This document shows, piece by piece, positions 38,676 through 49,107 of a stretch of DNA of 64,000 bases. The notes beneath the pieces were generated by a model, which worked only from the letters and a program-made list of their open reading frames with translations, did no database searches and was not told the DNA's origin. The first letter of the stretch is position 1. Each line of letters begins with the position of its first letter. This DNA is from Macrostomum lignano (taxonomy: Eukaryota), in contig NIVC01001322.1 in assembly GCA_002269645.1 (NCBI GenBank), positions 1-64,000 on the forward strand, written 5' to 3'. Both the position numbers and the translations under genes were made by a program.

Positions 38676-41470
38676 TACATATACTAAAGTTCACGTGTTG
38701 TTTGTCTGTCTGTCTGTCTGTCATTTCGACAACTCCTCCTTGAATAGTGGCAACTCAGCGTTGAAACTTATATGGGAAAATTGGAAATTATCCGAGGTCG
38801 GCTATAGGCTATTTTAATTCTGAAATTTTAATTTCTAAGATCCTCAAAAAAGCAGAAAACGGCGGTCTTGACCTTTGATAATCTTAATTGTCCCCTCTTT
38901 CTGCTCGGAGCTGAAAATTTGCATGAATTTTAAGTGATTGCGCCATAAAATTTTGCTACCTTGGCAGTGTATTTTCTCTCCAGTGGGGGATGGGGCGTTC
39001 TAAATGGCTGCATGTGTACAATCGGACCCTGGCTCACCGGCTGACTTTATAGACAATTGCGCAAAGATTTGTGTTCTAATTTTCAATAGGCAGCCCTGTG
39101 ATTTTGTTGAACCTTGAAATTCAATGCATAAACTTGCGGGCCTCTTTAGCAGGCAGTGAACGTACAATTGATATTTCAATGCTTTAAATCAGAAAGTTTC
39201 AAACGCAAACTGTTGCTCGAGTTTTTAACTTTGAGAGAAAAAATTAATATTGCTGGAAAGAACTTGCAAAGCTGATTTCAGGGATATAAATTGTTTGCTT
39301 TAAATATGAAAAGAAAAAGCACAGCATTGAAAAAACTATTTCCATACTTTTAACTTTCTGCAAAAATTGTACTCAGTTTTGCGATACGTAATAGATAAAG
39401 TTTGGGGGAGGGTTCAACTTCTTACTGCTGCTGTGTATTGGAGGGTTGATTTAGATTGCGCAATGTTTTTCTTAACTTTAACTGAGACTGATACTGACTG
39501 ACTGTGAAATCGGTTGCGCCATCAATTTGTTTTATTATCTGTGCCTTTCAATAGGCTGCCCTGTGTAATAGCCGGCCTGTGTAATGAATGAATAAATTTG
39601 CGAGCCTCTTTGGCAGGCAGTGAACGTACACGCGATATTTCAATGCTTTAAAACGGGAACTTTCAAACGCTAACTGCTCTTCGAGTTCTAAACTTTAAGA
39701 GAAGATACTTATACTGCTGAAAAGATCTTGCAACGCTGAGTTCGAGGATATAAATTGTTTGCTATAAATATAAAGACTAAAAGAGCAGCATCAAAAAAAC
39801 TATTTCCATACTTTTTGCTTTATGCAAAGATTGTACTCATTTTTTGGTTCAATGCCCCCATCAGTTCGGCGTTCAATTTCTAACTGCTACTGCGTATTGA
39901 AAAGAGGTCGGTCTCTGTGTACTGGAGGGTTGATTTAGATTGCGCAATCTTTTTGTTAACTTTAACTGAGACTGATACTGACTGACTGAGAAATCGGTTG
40001 CGCAATCAATTGATTCAATTGGTTCAATTTTTATTTGAACACGCAGCTGTGTGTGGCTTTAACCCTAACCCTAACCCTAACAATAACCCTAACCAATGAA
40101 TCCTGATATTTATTTTTTTTGACGGAGAAAATTTCGATTGAGTCCAGTTTAAAAGAGAGAATTTCGATGGTTTTCAGTTTCACGGAAAGGATTTCGAAGG
40201 AGTCCAGTTTCACGGAGAGGATTTCGATGGTTTTCAGTTGCACGGACAGGATTTCTGCTTCGCGGAGAGGATCTTGATGGATTTGGCATCTTCAATCAGT
40301 CAGAGAAAAGAGTAAAGAGAAGAATGAAAGCAGAAGAGAGATGAGATGATAGAAAACAGAGTAGAAATAAGTGGAGATATTAGACATGACAGATTGGAGA
40401 GAAGAGGGGATTTAGGCGGGAACGAAGAGGGAGAGAGAAGAAAAGAGGAGAGAGGAGAGAAAATAGATTAGGGATAAGAGCGTACAGAGAAAATAGAAGA
40501 GAGGGGAGAGTAGAGGAGAAAGAAAGAGTGAGATGAGGGGATGAGGGATGAGAGAGGAGGGGAGACAGGAGAGACAAGAAAGGAGAAAAGAGGGGAGAAA
40601 GGAGAAAGGAGAGAGTAGAGACGAAGGACCAGTTAGAAGATATAAATACGGTAGTAGAGATGAGAGGAGAGATAGGAGAGAGAAGCGAGAGAAGAAGCGA
40701 GAGGAGAAGAGAAAGAGGAGAGAGGAGAGAGATGAAATAGATAAGAGAGTTAAGAGAGGAAAGTAGTGAGGAGAGGAGAGATGAGAGATGCGATGATAAG
40801 AGATGAGTGAGAACATAAGAGAGAAGAGAGAAGAGATTAGAGAAGAGAGGGGAGAAGATAAAAGGAGCAAGGGGAGGAGAAAAGAGAGAATGGAGAGGAT
40901 AGAAAAGAGAGAAGAGAAGAGACAGGGAAAAGTGGAAAGGAGGAAAGAAAGATTGGAGACAAGTAAGTGGAGTGTGAGAGCGTATATGAGATATGAGAAA
41001 TGAGAGCAGAGAGGAAAGAAAAGAGAAGAGAGAGAGGGTTAAGAGAGACGATAGATAAGTGAATAGGGATGACATATAAAAGAGGAGAGAAGAGGGAGAG
41101 ATAAGAGAGAAGAGAGAAGACAGGAGACAGAAGTGAAGAGGAGAGATATGAGAGAAGAGAGGAGACAAGAGACAGGAGAGGGTACAGACGAAAGACGAGG
41201 GAGAAAACATAAATAAGGGAGTACGGGTAGAGATGAGATGAGAGAGACGAGAGAGAGTAGAGTCACGAAAATTGCAAAGAGAGGAGAGAGGAAATATGAG
41301 AGACGTGAAAGTCTTTGAGCTATGGTCTTTGAAAGGTTTTGTAAAGAATTTGGAGACGATTTGGAAGATAGGGTTCAAGACATGGAATTTCAGTTGATGG
41401 ATATTTCAGGGAATGGAATTCCGGTGATGGGAGTTCTTCCCCTTTCTCCTCCGAAGGAGGAGTTCCACTC
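38676..41470 (+). mobile_element. Helitron unit 13 (family B, same architecture as unit 10)
   Basis: Starts TACATATACT; ends TTCCACTC. Confidence 0.75.
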
Positions 41471-42489
41471 TCTATATACTAAAGCTGACGTCGTGGTCCG
41501 GTGGTAGGGTTGGCCGGTGGGCCGGGTTTGTCGACGATCTCCTCCTAGGATTCTTGCAACTCAACTTTCAAACCGGTACCAAAACATGTCAAATGTCCCG
41601 ACGATGCTACAATTTAAAATTCATTTTCAAATTTCAATTTTAAGTGCTTCAAAAAAGCAGAAAACAGCACAAACCAGACAGCCAGATGTCTATATATCGC
41701 ATTCCATGGACTTCCTTCCCACTTGACGCTATTTTGTATGGTTGCGCCACAACTTTTCTCCTATCTCTGCAGTGTATTTCATTTCAGCTGGGGGAGGGTC
41801 GCCGGCACTTGAGAATTGGCGGCCTACTTGCTCAGTGTTAAAAAGGGGTGGAGGTGCACACTGCGCGAGAATGGATGGCTTGATTTTTTAACTCATCACA
41901 GAGTGTACATTGCGCTCTGCAAGTAAGAAACGGGAAAACTTGCACCTTAATTTCTGCTTTTAATTTTCAAGCTACAGAAAAGTGAATCACACCGTTGGAA
42001 AGAGTTTGAAAAACTGAACAGAATGGTATAATTTTCTGTTCCGAAATCTCAACTGCATCAGAGCAATTTGTCATAGAAAATTTCTTGATTTCAATTGTGA
42101 AAATGTTAAGTGGTTGGGGAGGGGTTTCATTAATTTCAATTCTGACTGTGCAATGCACAAGCCTAGACTCTCCCTGTGCATTTGGGGAGGTGCATGGGCT
42201 ATAGACTGTACTGTAGATCTTTACTGTACGCTTGCAAGTAACAAGGCCGACATAAATGAATAAATTCGGCTAAATGCAGTGTACATTTGTGAGAACCGGG
42301 CTGCGACAGTGATGGCGCAATGCATATGCATCAACGGGGGCAGGCGATCGTTTCAGTAGCTCAATTTCGCTGGCCCAAGAGCTAGGGTTAGGGTTACGAT
42401 ATGGAGTTCTGCAGATTCAACATTCCAACCATGGGATTCCGGGGATTTCAATTCAGCGGATTTCTCCTCCAACGGAGGAGTTCCACTCG
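41471..42489 (+). mobile_element. Helitron unit 14 (divergent family C)
   Basis: Starts TCTATATACTAAAGCTGACG; hairpin CTCCTCC-AAC-GGAGGAG + TTCCACTCG. Confidence 0.7.
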
Positions 42490-45400
42490 TATATACTAAA
42501 AATGAAAATCTTGCTTGCTTGCTTGTAATCGATTAGAGAAAAAATGGCTGGACCGATTTTCATGAGACTTGCACTGTTCGATCAGAAATTTTCCAGTGAC
42601 GGTACATGCATCTTGGCTAAGAAATTGCTCCATGTTAAAGGGATTAAATATTCGAAAAACATGCTTTTTTGCAAAGGTCAAGCAAACTTTTCGACTTGAA
42701 ATGCATTGTAAGAATGCTAGAGAAAAAACTGACTGGTTGAATTCTGATTCTGAAATAGATTGCATCATAACTGAATTGTAACTCCGACTTAAATTGCGTC
42801 ACAGTATTGAAAATGCAGTGTGGAAGCGTAGCACCAGACTTGATTTAAATTGCGTAACCATATTGCTAACTGATACTGACTGACTGAGAAATTGATTATG
42901 TCATAACTGCCTCGTGTGATTTACTCTATGCTTGGAGTTTTGAAACTTATAATTATAAGTGCTAAAATTCATATTATCAAAACGATGAGAGCTAGCCTAG
43001 AGGTAAACAGACTGACTGCTAAATGCAGGGACGATGGTTCGAATTTTTAGAGAGTGGAATTTTTTTAATTAAAGCTTTTTAACACCAAGAAGAAAACTAA
43101 AAAATCATAGAAGCGTCATGTAAAAAATCATAGAAGCGTCATGTAAAAAATCATGAAAGCGTCATGAAAAAAAATCATAGAAGCGTCATGTAAAAATCAT
43201 AGAAGCGTCATGAAAAAATCATAGAAGCATCATGTAAAAATCATAGAAGCGTCCTGCAGAAATCGTAGAAGCATCATGTAAACAAGCATAGAAGCGTCAT
43301 GTAAAAATCATAGAAGCGTCATGTAAAAAATCATAGAAGCGTCATGTAAACAATCATAGAAGCGTCATGAAAATATCATAGAAGCGTCATGTAAAAAATC
43401 ATAGAAGCGTCATGTAAACAATCATAGAAGCGTCATGTAAAAAATCATAGAAGCGTCATGTAAACAATCATAGAAGCGCCATGCAAAAAATCATAGAAGT
43501 GTCATGTAAAAAATCATGGAAGCGTCATGTAAAAATCATAGAAGCGTCATGAAAAAATCATGGAAGCGTCATGTAAAAAATCATGGAAGCGTCATGTAAA
43601 AATCATAGTAGCGTCATGTAAAAAATCATAGAAGCGTCATAAAAAAAATCATAGAAGCGTCATGAAAAAAACATAGGAGCGTCATGAAAAAATCATAGAA
43701 GCGTCATGTAAAAATCATAGAAGCGTCATGTAAAAAATCATAGAAGCGTCCTGCAGAAATCGTAGAAGCGTCATGAAATAATCATAGAAGCGTCATGTAA
43801 AAAGCATAGAAGCGTCATGTAAAAAGTCATGGAAGCGTCATGTAAAAATCATAGTAGCGTCATGTAAAAATCATAGAAGCGTCATGAAAAAATCATAGAA
43901 GCGTCATGAAAAAAACATAGGAGCGTCATGAAAAAATCATAGAAACGTCATGTAAAAATCATAGAAGCGTCATGTAAAAATCATAGAATCGTCATATAAA
44001 AAGCATAGAAGCGTCATGTAAACAATCATAGAAGCGTCATGAAAAAATCATGGAAGCCTCATGTAAAAATCATAGAAGTGTCATGTAAAAAATCATGGAA
44101 GCGTCATGTAAAAATCATAGTAGCGTCATGTAAAAAATCATAGAAGCGTCATGAAAAAATCATAGAAGCGTCATGAATAAATCATAGAAGCGTCATGAAA
44201 AAAACATAGGAGCGTCATGAAAAAATCATAGAAGCGTCATGTAAAAATCATAGAAGCGTCATGTAAACAATCATAGAAGCGTCCTGCAGAAATCGTAGAA
44301 GCGTCATGAAATAATCATAGAAGCGTCATGTAAAAAGCATAGAAGCGTCATGTAAAAAATCATGGAAGCGTCATGTAAAAATCATAGAAGCGTCATGTAA
44401 AAATCATAGAATCGTCATATAAAAAGCATAGAAGCGTCATGTAAACAATCATATAAGCGTCATGTAAACAATCATAGAAGCGTCATATAAACAATCACAG
44501 AAGCGTCATGAAAAAATCATGGAAGCGTCATGTAAAAATCATAGAAGTGTCATGTAAAAAATCATGGAAGCGTCATGAAAAAATCATAGAAGCCTCATGA
44601 AAAAATCATAGGAGCGTCATGAAAAAATCATAGAAGCATCATGTAAAAATCATAGAAGCGTCCTGCAGAAATCGTAGAAGCGTCATGAAATAATCATAGA
44701 AGCGTCATGAAATAATCATAGAAGCGTCATGTAAAAAGCATAGAAGCGTCATGTAAAAATCATAGAAGCCTCATAAAAACTAATGAAAGTGTCATTTAAA
44801 AAATTAAGAAGCATCATGGAAGAATAAAAGAAGTGTAATGTAAAAATCAAAAGAAGCGTCATGTCAGACATGAAGGGTGTCATGTAAAAATGAAATGCAG
44901 CTATAATGCTGTGCTGGGGAGAAAAACTGAGACGTAAAGGCTCTCAGAGAATAACTGAGATTACGAGGGGGGGGGTTGTTTCTGGGATCTCAAAGAAAAA
45001 GTCAGAAGCTACTTCAAAGTTCATGTACTTTACTCAATTTTTTATTGCATTCTTTGTTGGCTCGCCATGGGGGGGGTGCTGATAGAAGAAGAGTCATGTA
45101 AAAAATAAAAGTAGCACTATGTATACATAAAAGAAAAGTCATGTCGAAGTTAAAAGATTCATTTGGGAATTGCTACGATGTCAAAGCTTGGTGGAAATCG
45201 TTATAGTGCTGTGATTCTTAAAGAAGGAATCACTAAAATGTCAAGGCTTAGGGGAGAAGAATTGCTGAGATTTCAAGGCTTTAGGTTGGGTTAAAGTTAG
45301 GTTTAGGTCAGGTGTGGGTTGAGGGTTATATTTTATCGGGTTTCAAGGTTAACAGTGGATTTTTTAGATTTCAAGTTTTATGGGGGCCATCGCTGACATG

Positions 45401-45900
45401 TCAAGGCTTACGGGGGGGGATAGCTAAGATGTCAAGGCTCACGGGGGTATAAATGAGATTTCAAGGCTAAAGTCAGAAGCTACATGTAGTTTATTGAAAA
45501 CTTTTTATTACATTATTTGATGCCTCCTCAGGCGAGGGATCGCTGATAAAAAAAGCGTTATGTAAAAAATAAAAGAAGCTTATCGCTATAATGCTGTAGT
45601 AGTGCTATAATGACTCTTAGAGAGAATTACTGAAATTTCAATGCTTTAGGGTTAGGTTAGGGTTAGGGTTAGGGTTAGAAGGTTGACAGATATTTTTAGA
45701 TTTCCAAGGCTTATTGGGGCATTGCTGAGATGTCAAGGGGGGAAGTTGATATGTTAAAGCTGGGGGGGGGGAATTACTGACATGTCAAGGCTTACAAGGT
45801 TTGACAGGAGATTTTTTAAGATTTCAAGGATACATGTAGCTTATTAAAAAAACGTGTATAGCATTTCTTTGGCTCCCCAACGGGGGGCGTAGATTGCTAG
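42490..45900 (+). mobile_element. Helitron unit 15 (divergent family D, satellite-bearing, canonical CTAG end)
   Basis: Starts TATATACTAAAAATG...(GCTT)n; hairpin GCTCCCC-AAC-GGGGGGC at 45872-45888; CTAG at 45897-45900, then T. Confidence 0.7.
43100..44780 (+). repeat. 21-22-bp satellite (AAAAATCATAGAAGCGTCATGT), roughly 75-80 copies, inside unit 15
   Basis: Direct reading; decays toward about 44890. Confidence 0.95.
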
Positions 45901-46130
45901 TTGATTCTAGAAATTCAAAATTATTTGTGTAAATAAGTTTTGTTCTTGATTGCAGTTTTTAAAAATGCTTCAAGAATAAGTGCTACTAAAATTCCATTCA
46001 AATTCTATGAAACTGTTCAACGTTACTAAGCTTTTGAAAAATTTTAGTTTTTTAGAGACAAGACTTTTTAACATGCAGCTAACGTATTAATAATGTAACA
46101 GCGGTCAGGCCCCAATTAAGATTTCATGCA
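45901..46130. repeat. Resumption of segmental-duplication copy 2 after the Helitron array
   Basis: Matches about 4990-5200 and 5605-5680 of copy 1. Confidence 0.75.
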
Positions 46131-46369
46131 TTCCCCAAAATCCTCCTGGACCCGTGCTCGCCTCCGCAACCTTACCCTAGACGAGCCGCCCCTTCCCTTG
46201 GATTGGCAGCAGTCCATCCAACAAATACGAGCGTCAAGTTACATGTAACAGAAGTCCAAATCCCAGATTGATCGAAACTCATCCCTAATTCATAACTGCG
46301 GTAACAGCCGTCGCCACGACAACCCCAGTTGAAATTCTAAACGACAATAGCAAGTTAAACCGCCTAAAT

Positions 46370-47876
46370 TGTTCGCACAGTACGATGGAGTCCCCGCTAC
46401 TGTGGCTAGACCATCACCCACAATCCTAGGAGATCACCTTCAAGTTTTCATCCCCCGTGCCGAATGCCTCGTTACAACTGCGGTCTCAAGCTGTAAGTCC
46501 GAAATCGGGACTAACATGTTTATCAGCCGCCGGAACCGGAAGATCCAACCGCTGTGTCTCTTTAGCAAACCCGTAACTATAAAGAAACAAACCGGATGTC
46601 TGGGCGTCATCCTTGACCATATATTTAGCCCGACCCCACACGTCCAAATTTTAAAGCTCTCGCGACTCTTGCGCAGGTTCTGGGGCCTCATCCTCGCCGC
46701 CATTAGTGAATTTGGCTGCGGTTTGCGCTAGGCTTGCCTTGAGCAAACCGGCTTTAGTGCCCAAGCGCGCTGCGTCTGTGGTGCGCCCCCCCCCCGCCGC
46801 GTGTGTACGTTCTGTGTTGTTTAGGTGGGCGCCCACCCCTCCGCCGGCGGGGGGGGTATTTTACTCCAGCCGCGCTGCTGAGTTGGCAGTGTTTTCGCGC
46901 AGTTCGCGCAGGCCTCGTTACTGCTTTCGCTTTCGCCAACATCGCGTATTCGTGTTTTGCTTTGGGGCACTAAACACTGCCATTGTGAGACCGGCCATCT
47001 CCGTTAGTGGTTTAAATTTTCGAAATAGCGCCCTGAATGTAAAAGGGGTTCTTGCAGCTCTCAACAGGGTGCCAGGCCGCGCTTGTCGAGCTATCATGAG
47101 CGCGATTCCTGCTACGCACTTTGCTGGCATACAGTGTCCTTCATGTACCTTTTTCCCCCTCTGCTTTTTTGTTTAAGGGGGGAAGCAATGAATACCATCC
47201 GCCGTCTGCTTGAAGTGGGTGTTCTCATTCAGGAGCAGTTTGCTTTCTGAAAGTGGAGCGATCTCAGCCTGCGAAACCTCTAAGCAGCGGGAGGCCGCTG
47301 ACCCTCTCGCACAAAATCCCATCCATCCTCTCTGCCCTTATTATATTAAATTAAAAACCACTAAATATACCACCACGTCAAGAAGCCTTGGACAACTGGC
47401 AACCCCGTAAAATTCCCTGCTTCACTGAAAAATCTCAAATCAACTCCGCCTGTGGCTACGACTACCTCATTGTGTCAGAAGGGAGAACCGTGACCTCCCA
47501 GCACATTGACAGTTTTTCTACCGTCTTCCAGTTCGAAATTCTCGCCATCATGGAGCTGTACAATCAACAAGTCTGAGGGAAGGAGATCATCCTCCTCTGT
47601 GACAATCAAGCTTGCATTCAACTGTTGGTGACCATGGCCCTTTCAATTAATTGCTGTTTTGCCTGGCATCGCTACCTCCAGGTAAAAATCCGTAGTGAGG
47701 AACGCTCATTATGCGTCTCCGGTGCTGAGAATGCGGAGCACTTTATCTATGAATGACTCACCTTTACTCAGAACAGGTTCACCTACCTCAGCCCAAACCC
47801 AGACCTTTCCGACGTTTTTAGCTCTTCCGCTACCTGCGTGTGAGGTAAGTCATGCAGTGCCAAGCTCCAGGCCCTG
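46370..47876 (+). mobile_element. Decayed I/R1-group LINE 3' half (RT C-terminus, RNase H, CCHC knuckle)
   Basis: CLGVILDHIFSPTPHV; TAIVRPAI...RACRAIMSA; CFTEKS...TVFQFEILAI...LCDNQACIQLL (non-LTR RNase H-like); degenerate C..GAENAEHFIYE knuckle. Confidence 0.7.
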
Positions 47877-48184
47877 TGTTACATCCGACTTCCGTTACCA
47901 ACTCGAAGTCCAGGTGAAGTATATAATCTTTGTCTGTTCTTTTGGTTCCTATGGCAGAGAAAGGCCGAGGACGCTGTTCTCAGGCCGAGGCAAAGCCAAG
48001 GCCTTAGAATTGCGTCCGAGGTCTTTCTGCCATAGACACCAAAAGAACAGACGAAGATCGTACTTAATCTACAGATATTGGAAGCGACTGGGAGTGGGAG
48101 TGAGGTATTCGTCAAAAGCGGGGGTGTGGGGGGCGCAGCCCTCCACATTTAACCATAGACATAAAAATTAAAGTAAAAGATTCG

Positions 48185-48616
48185 ATGCTTAAATTAAAAG
48201 CGAGAAAGGAAAGGTTTGGGCAGCTAGAGAAAATCAGAGATCCAATGTACCAGAATGGACCTATCGGCCGGCATACTCTCGACTCCATTGTGGCGAATAT
48301 CACCAAGCCCGTGTCTACGGATGGTAAATTCTCAAACCAGTCTCTATGGAAGACTTGTGCCAGCACGTTGCATCGGGCTGGACTGGCTAGGGACGATATA
48401 GCCCGCGTCACTGGACATTCGTCCAACGCAATTGAGAGGTACATACGGCTAGACATCCAGGACCATTCGCGTATGACCTACGCTCTACACGCCGGAGGAG
48501 CCGTGGAGTCCAACGGGCGGACCAATGAGCAAGATGTCGTGTCTGAGGGTACTACCAAGAAGATGCGCATGACTGTCCATGGTGACACCAACACCGTAGA
48601 AATCATGTTCGAGTGA
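48185..48616 (+). pseudogene. C-terminal half of a Crypton/DUF3504-type tyrosine recombinase, catalytically degenerate
   Basis: YQNGPIGRHTL...GKFSNQSLWKTCASTLHRAG...IARVTGHSSNAIERY resembles the family pattern (WY..P.G.N.L...G.FTNHSLR.T....L..AG......TGH.S....Y). HxxR appears as QxxW; TGH and the Tyr are retained. Confidence 0.65.
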
Positions 48617-48720
48617 ATCGGCAAGAATGAATCGGTCGTTACTGCTGTTGATAGTTTATACTTCTAATGGACTAACTGACAAATTATAGTCGTACTAAAA
48701 TGTTCTCAGGCCTTGTTATT

Positions 48721-48746
48721 AGGCCTGTTAACCGGTTAACAGGCCT
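48721..48746. other. Perfect 26-bp palindrome AGGCCTGTTAACC|GGTTAACAGGCCT
   Basis: Direct reading; the half-site GGTTAACAGG recurs at 48961. Confidence 0.95.
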
Positions 48747-49107
48747 CGTTTTGAGTTCTCAGGCTTCGCTTTTTAGTGAGGTTTGGCCATAGACTATCGT
48801 TCCACTAGAAAAGAATGAGCCTAGGAATTTAGTGTGAACCGTCATATCTGTAGGTTAATTATGGTTAGAAATCTCAAGCTTGGTAGCGGGCTCTTGCCAT
48901 GCCGATGTTAACCTTCATTTCCTTTATATTTGCTCTCCTTATATTAGCTTTAGAACGCAGGGTTAACAGGGGCAGTGTCTATGGCCAATGTGTGTGAAAT
49001 GAAATATACTATATATGCGCATATACCACATATGTCTCCCCTTAGAAAAATTTGTTCGTCATTGTGCAAAGAGTAAGTTTTCCTCTTAAACAAAAATTTC
49101 CGTCACA

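Larger units (their letters stand above)
18400..40260 (+). repeat. 30-bp minisatellite (TTTCGATGGTGTTCAGTTTCACGGAGAGGA) inside the units, downstream of the telomeric tract
   Basis: Blocks at about 18400-18680, 20940-21200, 23130-23360, 29985-30230, 37070-37470 and 40160-40260; fewer copies in family A units. Confidence 0.85.
18712..41300 (+). repeat. Eight 0.7-1.1-kb AG-rich (polypurine) tracts in family B units
   Basis: About 18712-19720, 21228-21935, 23392-24515, 30260-31112, 32835-33552, 35140-35848, 37503-38540 and 40302-41300. Confidence 0.9.
15865..45678. repeat. Interstitial telomeric tracts (CCCTAA/TTAGGG)2-7, one per Helitron unit
   Basis: C-strand tracts start at 15865, 17069, 18283, 20796, 23002, 25530, 27189, 28832, 29860, 32650, 34940, 36941 and 40060; G-strand tracts at 42383 and 45646. 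Confidence 0.9.
14773..45900 (+). mobile_element. Head-to-tail array of 15 non-autonomous Helitron-like elements (31,128 bp)
   Basis: Left end A|TC. Each unit starts (TC/TA)...ATACTAAA followed, in most units, by a TGT(C/T)-type microsatellite, and ends with a GC-rich hairpin plus CTC(G). The last unit ends hairpin + CTAG|T. No TSD; the flanks rejoin to match the paralogous copy. Confidence 0.85.
47877..49030 (-). repeat. 3' LTR (1,154 bp including the YR-like segment)
   Basis: Begins TGTGG a few nt after the PPT and ends GATGTAACA; both termini match the 5' LTR. Confidence 0.75.

Noticed and set aside
15678-40243. Recurrent ORFs such as MVRVRVRATHS..., MQLKTIEILSVKL..., MTFDNLNCPLF...
   Set aside because: They read through the telomeric tract, the 30-bp minisatellite or non-coding Helitron body; frames are not conserved between units and starts are often TTG/GTG
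18713-41378. Long Leu/Ser/Pro-rich minus-strand ORFs (up to 332 aa) and Glu/Arg-rich plus-strand ORFs
   Set aside because: Translation artefacts of the AG/CT low-complexity tracts, which seldom generate stop codons
15865-45678. True chromosome end or telomere fusion
   Set aside because: Tracts are only 2-7 repeats long and sit at a fixed internal position of a repeated element
14773-45900. Autonomous Helitron (Rep/helicase) or captured host exons in the array
   Set aside because: No HUH or PIF1-like motifs and no convincing coding segment seen
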